A stretch of 32,000 bases of DNA from Lutibacter sp. (GCA_002733665.1 NVWM01000005.1:11727-43726); one strand, 5' to 3'; positions 1 through 7,110 are shown, counted from the stretch's first letter. Notes: generated by a model from the letters alone, not told the origin. A program made the numbers and translations.

Positions 1-1091
1 GTGACTTAGAAGAAAACAAAGATTACATGCTTTGTAAAGCAGATGGAACAACTAAGAAAGTAAGAATAAAAGAATTACATGTTTTTGAAGGAATGGGTAA
101 AGCCAAAGTTTCTAAAGTGAGAAGTGGAGATATTTGTGCTATTACTGGAATTGAAGGGTTTGAGATTGGAGATACTATTGCAGATGTTGAAAATCCAGAA
201 GCATTACCAAGAATTGAAGTAGATCAACCTACAATGAGTATGTTGTTTACTATTAATAATTCTCCTTTCTTTGGAAAGGAAGGTAAATTTGTTACTTCTC
301 GTCATTTACGTGACCGTTTGTTCAAAGAATTAGAAAAAAACTTAGCATTAAAAGTTGAAACGACTGATAGTGAAGATAAATTCACCGTTTTTGGACGTGG
401 AGTATTACACTTATCTGTATTGATTGAGACAATGCGTAGAGAAGGATATGAGTTACAAGTTGGGCGACCACAAGTAATAATTAAAGAAATTGATGGTAAA
501 AAACATGAGCCAATGGAGACATTATCAATTGATGTACCAGAAGATCTAGCCTCTAAAGCCATTAATTTAGTATCACTTAGAAAAGGGGACATGCTGATTA
601 TGGAACCAAAAGGAGATTTACAGCATTTAGAGTTTTCAATTCCATCTAGAGGATTGATAGGGTTACGAAATAAAATTTTAACAGCAACATCTGGAACTGC
701 AATTATCAATCACAGGTTTAGTGAATACGGACTTTATAAAGGTGATTTTAATGAAGAGATAAAAGGAGCATTAGTATCTGCAGAAACAGGAAAAGCAACA
801 GCATATGCAATTGACAAACTTGGAGATAGAGGTATATTCTTTATTGATATAAACCAAGATATATATAAAGGACAAGTTGTTGGGGAAAATAACAGACAAG
901 ATGATATGGCTATAAACCTTACTAAAGGTAAGAAATTAACCAATGTTCGTAAATCAGGAACAGATACTGCAGTAAATATTGCTCCAAAGAAAGAATTCTC
1001 ATTAGAAGAATGTATGGAGTATATTAAAACTGATGAGTATTTAGAAGTTACTCCAGCAAGTTTACGCATGCGTAAAATTGTTTTTAAATAG
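1..1091 (+). CDS. typA: TypA/BipA translational GTPase, C-terminal part (5' end lies outside the window)
   Basis: The frame is open from nt 3 through the ATG at 27, so the gene continues upstream of the window. The sequence (GRGVLHLSVLIETMRREGYELQVGRPQVI, C-terminal YLEVTPASLRMRK) is typical of the post-GTPase domains of BipA/TypA. A strong terminator follows. Confidence 0.9.
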   Translation, partial: DLEENKDYMLCKADGTTKKVRIKELHVFEGMGKAKVSKVRSGDICAITGIEGFEIGDTIADVENPEALPRIEVDQPTMSMLFTINNSPFFGKEGKFVTSRHLRDRLFKELEKNLALKVETTDSEDKFTVFGRGVLHLSVLIETMRREGYELQVGRPQVIIKEIDGKKHEPMETLSIDVPEDLASKAINLVSLRKGDMLIMEPKGDLQHLEFSIPSRGLIGLRNKILTATSGTAIINHRFSEYGLYKGDFNEEIKGALVSAETGKATAYAIDKLGDRGIFFIDINQDIYKGQVVGENNRQDDMAINLTKGKKLTNVRKSGTDTAVNIAPKKEFSLEECMEYIKTDEYLEVTPASLRMRKIVFK

Positions 1092-1116
1092 AATATAAGT
1101 ACATAATAATATATTA

Positions 1117-1147
1117 AACTCCTTGATTAATCAAGGAGTTTTTTTTG
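1117..1147 (+). terminator. Rho-independent terminator of typA
   Basis: Perfect 10-bp stem aactccttga (1117-1126) / tcaaggagtt (1131-1140) with loop ttaa, followed by a T-run. Confidence 0.8.
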
Positions 1148-1607
1148 TTTAATACACTTACAGACTGATGAAACGGCTCTTTTTAAGACTAAATTCCAAT
1201 CAATTTTACAGAATATTGGCACAATTTCGTGCATATTATCACTTATAAATAGATAATTAAACACAAATTTTAATCATTTCGTGCACGAAATAGTGTGTTT
1301 TTGAGCATTTTTACACAACAACTACCCTTCAATTTGATTCAAATAGCATATATATTTTAGATATTTTCAAGTATTTATAAAATATTTAAAATTAAATTAT
1401 TAGTGAATTTACTCTGAAAGTAGGGTTATACTTCTATTTATTAATTTGATTTAACTATTTTACCCTATGAATTAAATTGCTTGAAATCAAATAGTTAAAT
1501 CTATCTTATTCAAAAAAAATTATTTTACTACCTATATTTTATTACTCTCTAACTCTAACTATATAGTTAGAGTTTGAAATAAAAAAAATAAAAAAATTCA
1601 TTTTTTG

Positions 1608-1638
1608 TTTGGTGGAACCATTTAATTTTTTACATTTG
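1608..1638 (+). promoter_or_regulatory. Candidate Bacteroidota sigma-A-type promoter for the MarR gene
   Basis: TTTG at 1608-1611, then a 19-nt spacer, then TACATTTG (1631-1638), which matches the TAnnTTTG -7 consensus. It sits about 42 nt upstream of the ATG at 1680. Confidence 0.45.
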
Positions 1639-1643
1639 TCATA

Positions 1644-1669
1644 ACAATAGTTGTATATACAATTATTGT
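1644..1669. promoter_or_regulatory. 26-bp near-perfect palindrome (candidate MarR auto-operator)
   Basis: acaatagttgtat|atacaattattgt has one mismatched pair. It lies directly downstream of the -7 box and upstream of the marR start codon. Confidence 0.4.
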
Positions 1670-1683
1670 CCCCACAACAATGA
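1663..1683 (+). other. C-rich-loop hairpin, copy A (loop CCCCACA); the 3' arm contains the marR ATG
   Basis: Stem 1663-1669 / 1677-1683 (7 pairs including one G-U), loop 1670-1676 ccccaca. The start codon 1680-1682 lies in the 3' arm. Confidence 0.35.
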
Positions 1684-2138
1684 ATGATGAAAAAGAAACA
1701 GAAAATGGAGTACGATCCAATTTACCATCTCAGACAATTAATAATTTATTGTCTACCGGAAATTGGGTTTATGAAAAATCTGCTGAGCATTTAAAACAAT
1801 TTGCTTTATCAGTTGAGCAGTACAACGTTCTTTTAATATTGGAAAAATTAGGTGAAACAACCGCAAACATGAGTACTATTCAAAATAGTATGATCAGTAA
1901 AATGAGTAATACTACAAGATTGGTCGAAAAATTAAGACTTAAAGGTCTTTTAACAAGAGAACAATCACAAGAGAATAGGAGGAAGGTCGAAATTAATATT
2001 ACCGAAAAGGGAATATTGCTATTAAATGAAATTGAGAAATCTCAAATTCTAAAAGAAAAAGAAATTGTTAAAAATTTGACAAAGCGCGACTTGTTAACCT
2101 TAAATAAATTATTAAATAAAATGAAGCCTCAGATTTAG
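1680..2138 (+). CDS. MarR family transcriptional regulator
   Basis: 152 aa. The winged-helix core LSVEQYNVLLILEKLGETTANMSTIQNSMISKMSNTTRLVEKLRLKGLLTREQSQENRRKVEINITEKG is the classic MarR pattern. Confidence 0.85.
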   Translation: MNDEKETENGVRSNLPSQTINNLLSTGNWVYEKSAEHLKQFALSVEQYNVLLILEKLGETTANMSTIQNSMISKMSNTTRLVEKLRLKGLLTREQSQENRRKVEINITEKGILLLNEIEKSQILKEKEIVKNLTKRDLLTLNKLLNKMKPQI

Positions 2139-2172
2139 AATTGGCTTATTTATTACAAATAATTAATAGAAT

Positions 2173-2193
2173 TATAGTTTCCCCACAACTGTA
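2173..2193 (+). other. C-rich-loop hairpin, copy B (loop TTCCCCACA), about 35 nt after the marR stop
   Basis: Stem 2173-2178 / 2088+100..: precisely t2173-a2193, a2174-t2192, t2175-g2191, a2176-t2190, g2177-c2189, t2178-a2188; loop 2179-2187. An alternative 7-bp pairing is ttcccca (2179-2185) with tggggaa (2205-2211). Confidence 0.35.
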
Positions 2194-2222
2194 TAATGAT
2201 ATAATGGGGAAGATGCCAAAAA

Positions 2223-2264
2223 GAAAATTAGAAGCAATCCGAAAATTAATTTTGATTTTTTTTA
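2223..2264. repeat. Dispersed direct repeat, copy 1 (gaaaatKa-gaagcaatccgaaaattaattt(t)gattttt)
   Basis: Near-identical to 2393-2433, with one T indel and one substitution in the flank. Copy 1 contains TAATTTTG (2247-2254), a TAnnTTTG match that is lost in copy 2. Confidence 0.7.
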
Positions 2265-2392
2265 AACATTTTAGTAAGATAAAATATAGGCAGACTCCTC
2301 AATATCATTGTAATAATATTAAAGTAAGTAGTAAGTAGAGTAAGTAAGTTTAAGTAAGTTTTGGCATGTGTTGAAAGTTGTCGTTCATCATT

Positions 2393-2433
2393 GAAAATGA
2401 GAAGCAATCCGAAAATTAATTTGATTTTTCTTT
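2393..2433. repeat. Dispersed direct repeat, copy 2
   Basis: See copy 1. The core gaagcaatccgaaaattaattt is identical at 2231-2252 and 2401-2422. Confidence 0.7.
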
Positions 2434-2540
2434 AGTAGGAAGATTTAATTCTTTTAATGCATGCCTTTTTTAAATTATCACCTACTACTAAAAATAATAA
2501 CCCCAATTACAACTGTAATTGCAACATCTAACCCCAAATT

Positions 2541-2563
2541 AACTGCAGTTGCAGTTGTTTTTT
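2541..2563 (+). terminator. Terminator-like hairpin about 20 nt upstream of the CAP-domain gene (possible attenuator or 3' end of an unannotated RNA)
   Basis: aactgc (2541-2546), loop agtt, gcagtt (2551-2556), then gTTTTTT. An upstream caactg (2510-2515) could pair alternatively with cagttg (2546-2551 or 2552-2557). Confidence 0.45.
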
Positions 2564-2583
2564 AACACTAAAACCCACACACA

Positions 2584-3087
2584 ATGAAAAATTTTACCCA
2601 CAAAATTCTAATTTTAACTTTAGTAAGTACTTTTCTTTTCTCATCATGTTCAAGTGATAATGAAATAGAAGAATTTAATTCATACGGAAGACACGATATC
2701 TCCCTATCTTATACCAATATGGAGCAAGAAATTTTCAACTTAATCAATAATCATAGAACAAGTAAAGGTTTACCAGAATTAGGTATTTATAATATTGTTT
2801 CAAGTGAGGCAATAACACATACAGATTATATGATAGAAACGGGTGATGTAAGTCACGCAAATTTTGGAACTCGTCATCAAAATTTAGTTGCGTATGCTTC
2901 TGCCAAAAGTGTATCTGAAAATGTTGCATATGGTTTTAGTAGTGCTGAAGCTGTAGTAAATGCATGGTTAAATAGCGAAGGCCACAGACTTAATATTGAA
3001 AATGCATCTTTTACAGACTTTGGAATTTCTACTAAAGGAAATGATGAGGGAAGGTATTACTTCACAAACATCTTTATCAAGAGATAA
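2584..3087 (+). CDS. CAP/SCP/PR-1-like (YkwD-type) domain lipoprotein
   Basis: 167 aa with a lipoprotein signal (LVSTFLFSSC|SSD). The C-terminal pattern AVVNAWLNSEGHRLNIENASFTDFGIS is typical of bacterial CAP-domain proteins. Confidence 0.8.
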   Translation: MKNFTHKILILTLVSTFLFSSCSSDNEIEEFNSYGRHDISLSYTNMEQEIFNLINNHRTSKGLPELGIYNIVSSEAITHTDYMIETGDVSHANFGTRHQNLVAYASAKSVSENVAYGFSSAEAVVNAWLNSEGHRLNIENASFTDFGISTKGNDEGRYYFTNIFIKR

Positions 3088-3097
3088 TAATTACAAT

Positions 3098-3188
3098 AAA
3101 AAAAGGAACAGTCGTATCGCTTAAATAGTTTTAATGTCGTCCCCACAACGGTAGTATCTATCTAAGTTAATAATACGACTGTTTTTTT
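3098..3188. terminator. Long nested hairpin acting as a bidirectional terminator for the convergent CAP-domain and DUF2461 genes; its apex carries C-rich-loop hairpin copy C
   Basis: The outer stem acagtcgtat (3108-3117) / atacgactgt (3173-3182) is flanked by an A7 run (3098-3104) and a T7 run (3182-3188). The inner stem is cttaaatag (3120-3128) / ctatctaag (3158-3166) with one mismatch. The apical hairpin is 3136-3152 with loop ccccaca (3141-3147). Confidence 0.55.
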
Positions 3189-3238
3189 ATTCTTTGAAAA
3201 TAGTAGTATATACTATAGTAATGAAATAATTTTTCAGT

Positions 3239-3257
3239 AAAATTGTGGGGAAATTTT
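3239..3257 (-). other. C-rich-loop hairpin, copy D (minus strand; loop TCCCCAC), in the 3' region of the DUF2461 gene
   Basis: On the plus strand: aaaatt (3239-3244), gtgggga (3245-3251), aatttt (3252-3257). The minus-strand RNA would show a 6-bp stem with loop uccccac. Confidence 0.35.
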
Positions 3258-3426
3258 CTATTACAACAATATTAATAAATATACTTCAGAAATGCAATAG
3301 CAACTCAAAAATTATTTTGAAGTTAATAACACGTTGTAAACAATGAGTTTATGAGATTTTTTATAACTATTTTTGATAATTATCTTATATGTAGATATTC
3401 AAAACTCCATGAAAAATACTTTTTAA

Positions 3427-4116
3427 CTAGTTTTCAAACAATGGAATTCCATTTTCATCAGTTGTAAGAACAGCACTCATATAATCAAAAAATGGACGCA
3501 TTGCTTTGAATGTTTCAACCACTTTTAAGTGAAAATTTGGACTTAATATTTCTTTATCACTAAACTTTCTACTAATTACATACTGTTTAAACTGTAATAA
3601 ATCTAAATCTAGATGATTCTTATCAAACCCTCTTGGTGCAGTTTTTACTTTGTCTCCTTCTAATTCACCAAAGATTTTAATAAAGTTCTTGTCATTAATA
3701 ATTGCTCTCAATTCTGATGCATCGGTGCTAATTTCTTTTCGAATACGCAGTAAATCCTTAGGGTTCGGACCCCAAAAACCTCCTCCAATAAATGAATTGT
3801 TAGGCTCTACATGAAAGTAATAGCCTCCTCTAAGTAGTTTAGTTGCCCTTTTTAAAGATCCACTAAAATGAGTTTTATAGGGTGTTTTGTTTTTTGAAAA
3901 ACGCACATCTCTATAAATTCTAAACACACTTTTTTTTCCACTTATAGTTTCAATATTATCATATTTATTCATTTCACTCAGTACATCATCTGCAAATGAA
4001 ATAAAGAGCTCGTTTTCTACCTGAAAATCAGGCTTATTATCTGTAAACCATTCTCTATTATTATTCTTTTTGAGTGATTTTAAAAAGGAAAGTGTAGATT
4101 TTGAAATAGAACTCAT
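3427..4116 (-). CDS. DUF2461 / TIGR02453 family protein
   Basis: The N-terminus MSSISKSTLSFLKSLKKNNNREWFTDNKPDFQ and the YRDVRFSKNKTPYKTHF motif are characteristic of this family. I chose the ATG at 4116; the track's start at 4149 is a TTG that adds 11 non-conserved residues. Confidence 0.85.
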   Translation of the reverse strand: MSSISKSTLSFLKSLKKNNNREWFTDNKPDFQVENELFISFADDVLSEMNKYDNIETISGKKSVFRIYRDVRFSKNKTPYKTHFSGSLKRATKLLRGGYYFHVEPNNSFIGGGFWGPNPKDLLRIRKEISTDASELRAIINDKNFIKIFGELEGDKVKTAPRGFDKNHLDLDLLQFKQYVISRKFSDKEILSPNFHLKVVETFKAMRPFFDYMSAVLTTDENGIPLFEN

Positions 4117-4146
4117 CTTATTATTTAGTTTAGTTTGATAAAAGTA

Positions 4147-4177
4147 CAAAAAAAAAGATGTGAAAACTCACATCTTT
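4147..4177 (-). terminator. Rho-independent terminator after the DoxX gene
   Basis: Stem aaagatgtga (4154-4163) / tcacatcttt (4168-4177) with loop aaac. The plus-strand A-run at 4147-4156 gives a U-run on the minus-strand transcript. Confidence 0.7.
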
Positions 4178-4200
4178 TCTTAATTTATAGATTAAAGTTG

Positions 4201-4575
4201 TTAACTCAATAACCCTTTGTAATTATCTTTATATGCATAAAGCATAACGATGTTTAAGATAAGCATTACCGCAGCCATCATAGTATTTCCAGCATCTAAG
4301 CTAAGATGAAACAATACTGCATTGATTGACACACTCATCAAAATAAGCATCATTAAAGAGGCGTATTTGTTGAGTAATAAAGACAAACCAGCAGCAATTT
4401 CAACAATTGCAACTAAGGTCATAGTTTTGGTAGCAGTTAATGCTCCAAAATAATTCCCCATAGCTTCTGTCATTTCTCCTGGAGGTGTCATCCATTGTCC
4501 AAACTTGTTTGCACCAAAAAAGACTAAAAACACTCCGAAAAGGATTCTTAAAATTAATAAAACTTTTGAATTCAT
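4201..4575 (-). CDS. DoxX family small membrane protein
   Basis: 124 aa with four predicted hydrophobic helices. The N-terminal LRILFGVFLVFFGANKF pattern is typical of DoxX. Confidence 0.7.
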   Translation of the reverse strand: MNSKVLLILRILFGVFLVFFGANKFGQWMTPPGEMTEAMGNYFGALTATKTMTLVAIVEIAAGLSLLLNKYASLMMLILMSVSINAVLFHLSLDAGNTMMAAVMLILNIVMLYAYKDNYKGLLS

Positions 4576-4716
4576 AATAGTTTAAGATTTAAGTTAGATT
4601 TTTCATAAAGTTACAAAAAAATAATTAAGTAACTTATATTGTGGTTTTTATCGATTCGAAGAACAATAAAAATATAAATGAAGTAGGAGATAGGTTAGTT
4701 GATATTGCAATATGTC

Positions 4717-5406
4717 TTAAGGTAAACTCCAGCCAAATTTGGTGCTTATTGTGTGCCAATCTTCTGGGAAAGGCGCCTTTATTTCTATGTTTTGATCTAA
4801 AAAAGGGTGTTTGAACGCTAATTTTTGAGCGTGTAGAAACATTTTATTGCAGTTAAATTCTGTTTCAAACATACGATTGTGAAAGCGATCTCCGTATTTA
4901 GGGTCTCCAATTAAGGGATGGCTGATTTTGTTTAAATGAATGCGTAGTTGATGTAAACGACCTGTTTTTGGAAGTAATTCTACCAAACTATAACGACTTG
5001 ATTCATAAGGAGTAACAGCGGTGTTTATCAACTTCTTGTTTAATATACTATAATCTGTTACAGCAGCCTTATAAACGTCAGAATCTCGACCTTTGACATC
5101 TGAATCTATAGTGCCTGAAGGATTTATAAAACCACGTACAACACCAATATAAGTTTTCTTGATTTGATTGCTTACAAAGAGTTTTTGGAATGTTGCGACA
5201 TGCTGTTTTTCTTTAGCAAATAAGAGTATGCCTGAAGTTTTACGATCTAAGCGATGTATGGGATAGTATTTCTTGCCATAGGTATCAAATACTAACTGTA
5301 CCAAAGATTTTTCTTCAGTTTTGTTATTAGCCATCTTAGAATGATGCACCAACACATTGTTTGGTTTGTTTACAGCAATTGTGAATTCGTCTTCGTAAAG
5401 TATCAT
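4717..5406 (-). CDS. RluA-family pseudouridine synthase (TruC/RluA-like, no S4 domain)
   Basis: Contains the catalytic-Asp motif HRLDRKTSGILLFAK and the downstream GRLHQLRIHL motif; 229 aa. Confidence 0.85.
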   Translation of the reverse strand: MILYEDEFTIAVNKPNNVLVHHSKMANNKTEEKSLVQLVFDTYGKKYYPIHRLDRKTSGILLFAKEKQHVATFQKLFVSNQIKKTYIGVVRGFINPSGTIDSDVKGRDSDVYKAAVTDYSILNKKLINTAVTPYESSRYSLVELLPKTGRLHQLRIHLNKISHPLIGDPKYGDRFHNRMFETEFNCNKMFLHAQKLAFKHPFLDQNIEIKAPFPEDWHTISTKFGWSLP

Positions 5407-5726
5407 TGCAACTAATTGGGATGTTTTAATTATAATACGAAATTACTATTTATTTGTAAGACTTACATGAACTAGCTATGGAGTACTTATAGTTGACTTA
5501 TTCTGTAAATTTCTGATATATTGTACGAATATGCGCTGTATTTGATAGTTGTTATTTTCTATTGGATAGAGGGGTTCTGAAAAACTCTATTTAACATAAT
5601 ATAAATTATAGTACAAATACATTGTTTAGTTTATGATAGTACATTACCTCCTTTATTTCGTTTACAGTTAGTATATTTGCCACAGTTATAATAATACTAC
5701 TATAAACAGTTATCTCTTTAATTCTT

Positions 5727-6338
5727 ATGCCTTTTAAAAAATTACATTCCGATTTACAAGAAAAACTTGAAGCTGGAGAAATAACAACACCAACTCCTTT
5801 TCAAAGCAAAAGCATTCCTGTAATAAAAAGTGGTGCTAATGTCTATTGCACGGCTTCAAAAGATAGTGGAAAAACGACCACACTTATACTTACAACCTTA
5901 CAGAAATTAAAATGTGAGGCAGTTGGTAATTCTCCAAGGGCTGTAGTTCTTGTAGAAAACAAAGAAAGAGCATTGGAATTGTATGATGCTTTTTTAAAAT
6001 ATACTAGATATAATTCACTACGAATTTTTGTAGGGCATGAACAACTTCATATTGATGTGCAAAAATCAGAAATACTTGAAGGTACAGACATACTTATTTC
6101 CACACCCATAACAATGAACAAACTTTTCTTATTTAATGGAATTAGCACTTCACAATTAAAGATATTTAGTGTAGACGACGCAGAGTTTCTAGTTCAAAAG
6201 AAAGCATATACTGCTCTTATATCAATTACTCAAAGTATTAAAAAATGTCAGTATGTGATCTACTCAGAAAAAATGCATCCTATACTAAAACGCTTTGAAT
6301 CTAGTTTTATGGAATACTCTAAGAAGATCAATATTTAG
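5727..6338 (+). CDS. DEAD-box helicase-like protein with RecA-like domain 1 only and divergent motifs
   Basis: Q-motif-like TPTPFQ; motif I ASKDSGKT (canonical AxTGSGKT); motif Ia region ENKERALE (PTRELA); STP (TPGR region); motif II DDAE instead of DEAD; SEK instead of SAT. The ORF ends at 203 aa with no motifs IV-VI. A TATATTTG box lies at 5672-5679 upstream. Confidence 0.7.
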   Translation: MPFKKLHSDLQEKLEAGEITTPTPFQSKSIPVIKSGANVYCTASKDSGKTTTLILTTLQKLKCEAVGNSPRAVVLVENKERALELYDAFLKYTRYNSLRIFVGHEQLHIDVQKSEILEGTDILISTPITMNKLFLFNGISTSQLKIFSVDDAEFLVQKKAYTALISITQSIKKCQYVIYSEKMHPILKRFESSFMEYSKKINI

Positions 6339-6399
6339 ATGCGTAAATGATTTGTATACTTTTTATAGATATAATATCTTAACAATACACTAAAACAAG

Positions 6400-7038
6400 A
6401 TGATACCTAAACTACATTATATTTCTCAGGGAAGTTCTCCAAAAGAGCATCTAGATAACATCCAAAAAGCTTGTTCTTCTGGCGCAGAGTTAGTGCAATT
6501 ACGCTTAAAAGATGTTTCAGAAAATAAAATTTTAAAAGCAGCTAAAGAAGCTCGAGAAATCACAGCTCATTTTCAATCCCGATTAATTATTAATGATCAT
6601 TATAAAATAGCAAAAGAAGTTAAAGCTGATGGTGTCCATTTTGAAGAAACTGACATCTGCCCTACTATAGCTAGGAAGCATTTATACAGTTGGCAAATTA
6701 TTGGCGGAACAGCAAATACCTTACAAGATTGTAAAACATTGATTGTTAAAGATATTGATTATATTAGTTTAGCGCCTTTTAGATTAAAAACAACTAAAGA
6801 CAACTTGAGTTCTGTATTAGGTTTAAACGGTTATACTGCTATTACAGAAGCATTGCAAACTGAAACACCAATTATTGGTTTTGGAGGCATAACTATAAAT
6901 GATGTAACTGACATATTAGAAACGGGTATTTCTGGAATTGCCGTATCTAGTGAAATTACTCAAGATTTTAATTCCATAAGAGCATTTAATCAATTGCTAA
7001 AAGCATCTTCTACTGAAGAGAAACGTCATACAATTTAA
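6400..7038 (+). CDS. Thiamine-phosphate synthase (ThiE/TenI) family protein
   Basis: 212 aa. The pattern LHYISQ...AELVQLRLKD...GVHFEE...IGGTA...DYISLAPF..TTK...IGFGGI...GISGIAVSS follows the ThiE TIM-barrel motif order. No other thi genes are in the window. Confidence 0.75.
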   Translation: MIPKLHYISQGSSPKEHLDNIQKACSSGAELVQLRLKDVSENKILKAAKEAREITAHFQSRLIINDHYKIAKEVKADGVHFEETDICPTIARKHLYSWQIIGGTANTLQDCKTLIVKDIDYISLAPFRLKTTKDNLSSVLGLNGYTAITEALQTETPIIGFGGITINDVTDILETGISGIAVSSEITQDFNSIRAFNQLLKASSTEEKRHTI

Positions 7039-7073
7039 CTATAAATTGAAACAACTTAGTCAACTATATAGCC

Positions 7074-7110
7074 AAAAAAAAAGCCCATCAATTTTGATGG
7101 GCTTTTAAAT
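7074..7110. terminator. Bidirectional rho-independent terminator shared by the ThiE-family and cold-shock genes
   Basis: Perfect 10-bp stem aagcccatca (7081-7090) / tgatgggctt (7095-7104) with loop attt, an A-run upstream and a T-rich tract downstream. Confidence 0.8.

Noticed and set aside
302-1069. Antisense ORFs 302-709 and 734-1069 inside typA. The same pattern applies to 2744-2929, 7986-8420, 8895-9080, 10387-10572, 11121-11352, 13311-13505, 16307-16540, 19099-19284, 21211-21396, 21786-21992, 22449-22634, 23183-23377, 24377-24598, 26009-26266, 28040-28249, 28924-29136 and 30074-30307.
   Set aside because: Each lies wholly within, and antisense to or out of frame with, a much longer ORF that has clear family signatures. 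Their translations have no recognisable motifs. They are shadow ORFs.
2141-2338. 65-aa ORF directly after marR
   Set aside because: It has a TTG start and low-complexity K/I-rich composition typical of translated AT-rich DNA. It overlaps hairpin B and one copy of a non-coding repeat whose second copy (2393-2433) is not in any ORF. Its stop lies in a GTAAGT microsatellite-like tract. I treated it as non-coding.
2223-2560. Possible CRISPR-like or mobile-element repeats (the ~40-nt duplicate and the tandem CCCCAA units)
   Set aside because: There are only two copies of each, with irregular spacing and no cas genes. There are also no terminal inverted repeats flanking a transposase and no target-site duplication. 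I kept them as non-coding repeats only.
3204-3215. 12-bp palindrome TAGTATATACTA as a third MarR-type operator (it resembles the TATATA-centred palindromes at 1551-1574 and 1644-1669)
   Set aside because: Short TATATA-centred palindromes are expected by chance in DNA this AT-rich, and this one is not near a promoter. It is too weak to report as a site.
6400-7038. The orphan ThiE-family gene as evidence of a thiamine salvage cluster with the adjacent DEAD-like gene
   Set aside because: There are no other thi genes and no THI-box (TPP riboswitch) sequence upstream that I can recognise. Adjacency alone is not evidence of a functional link.
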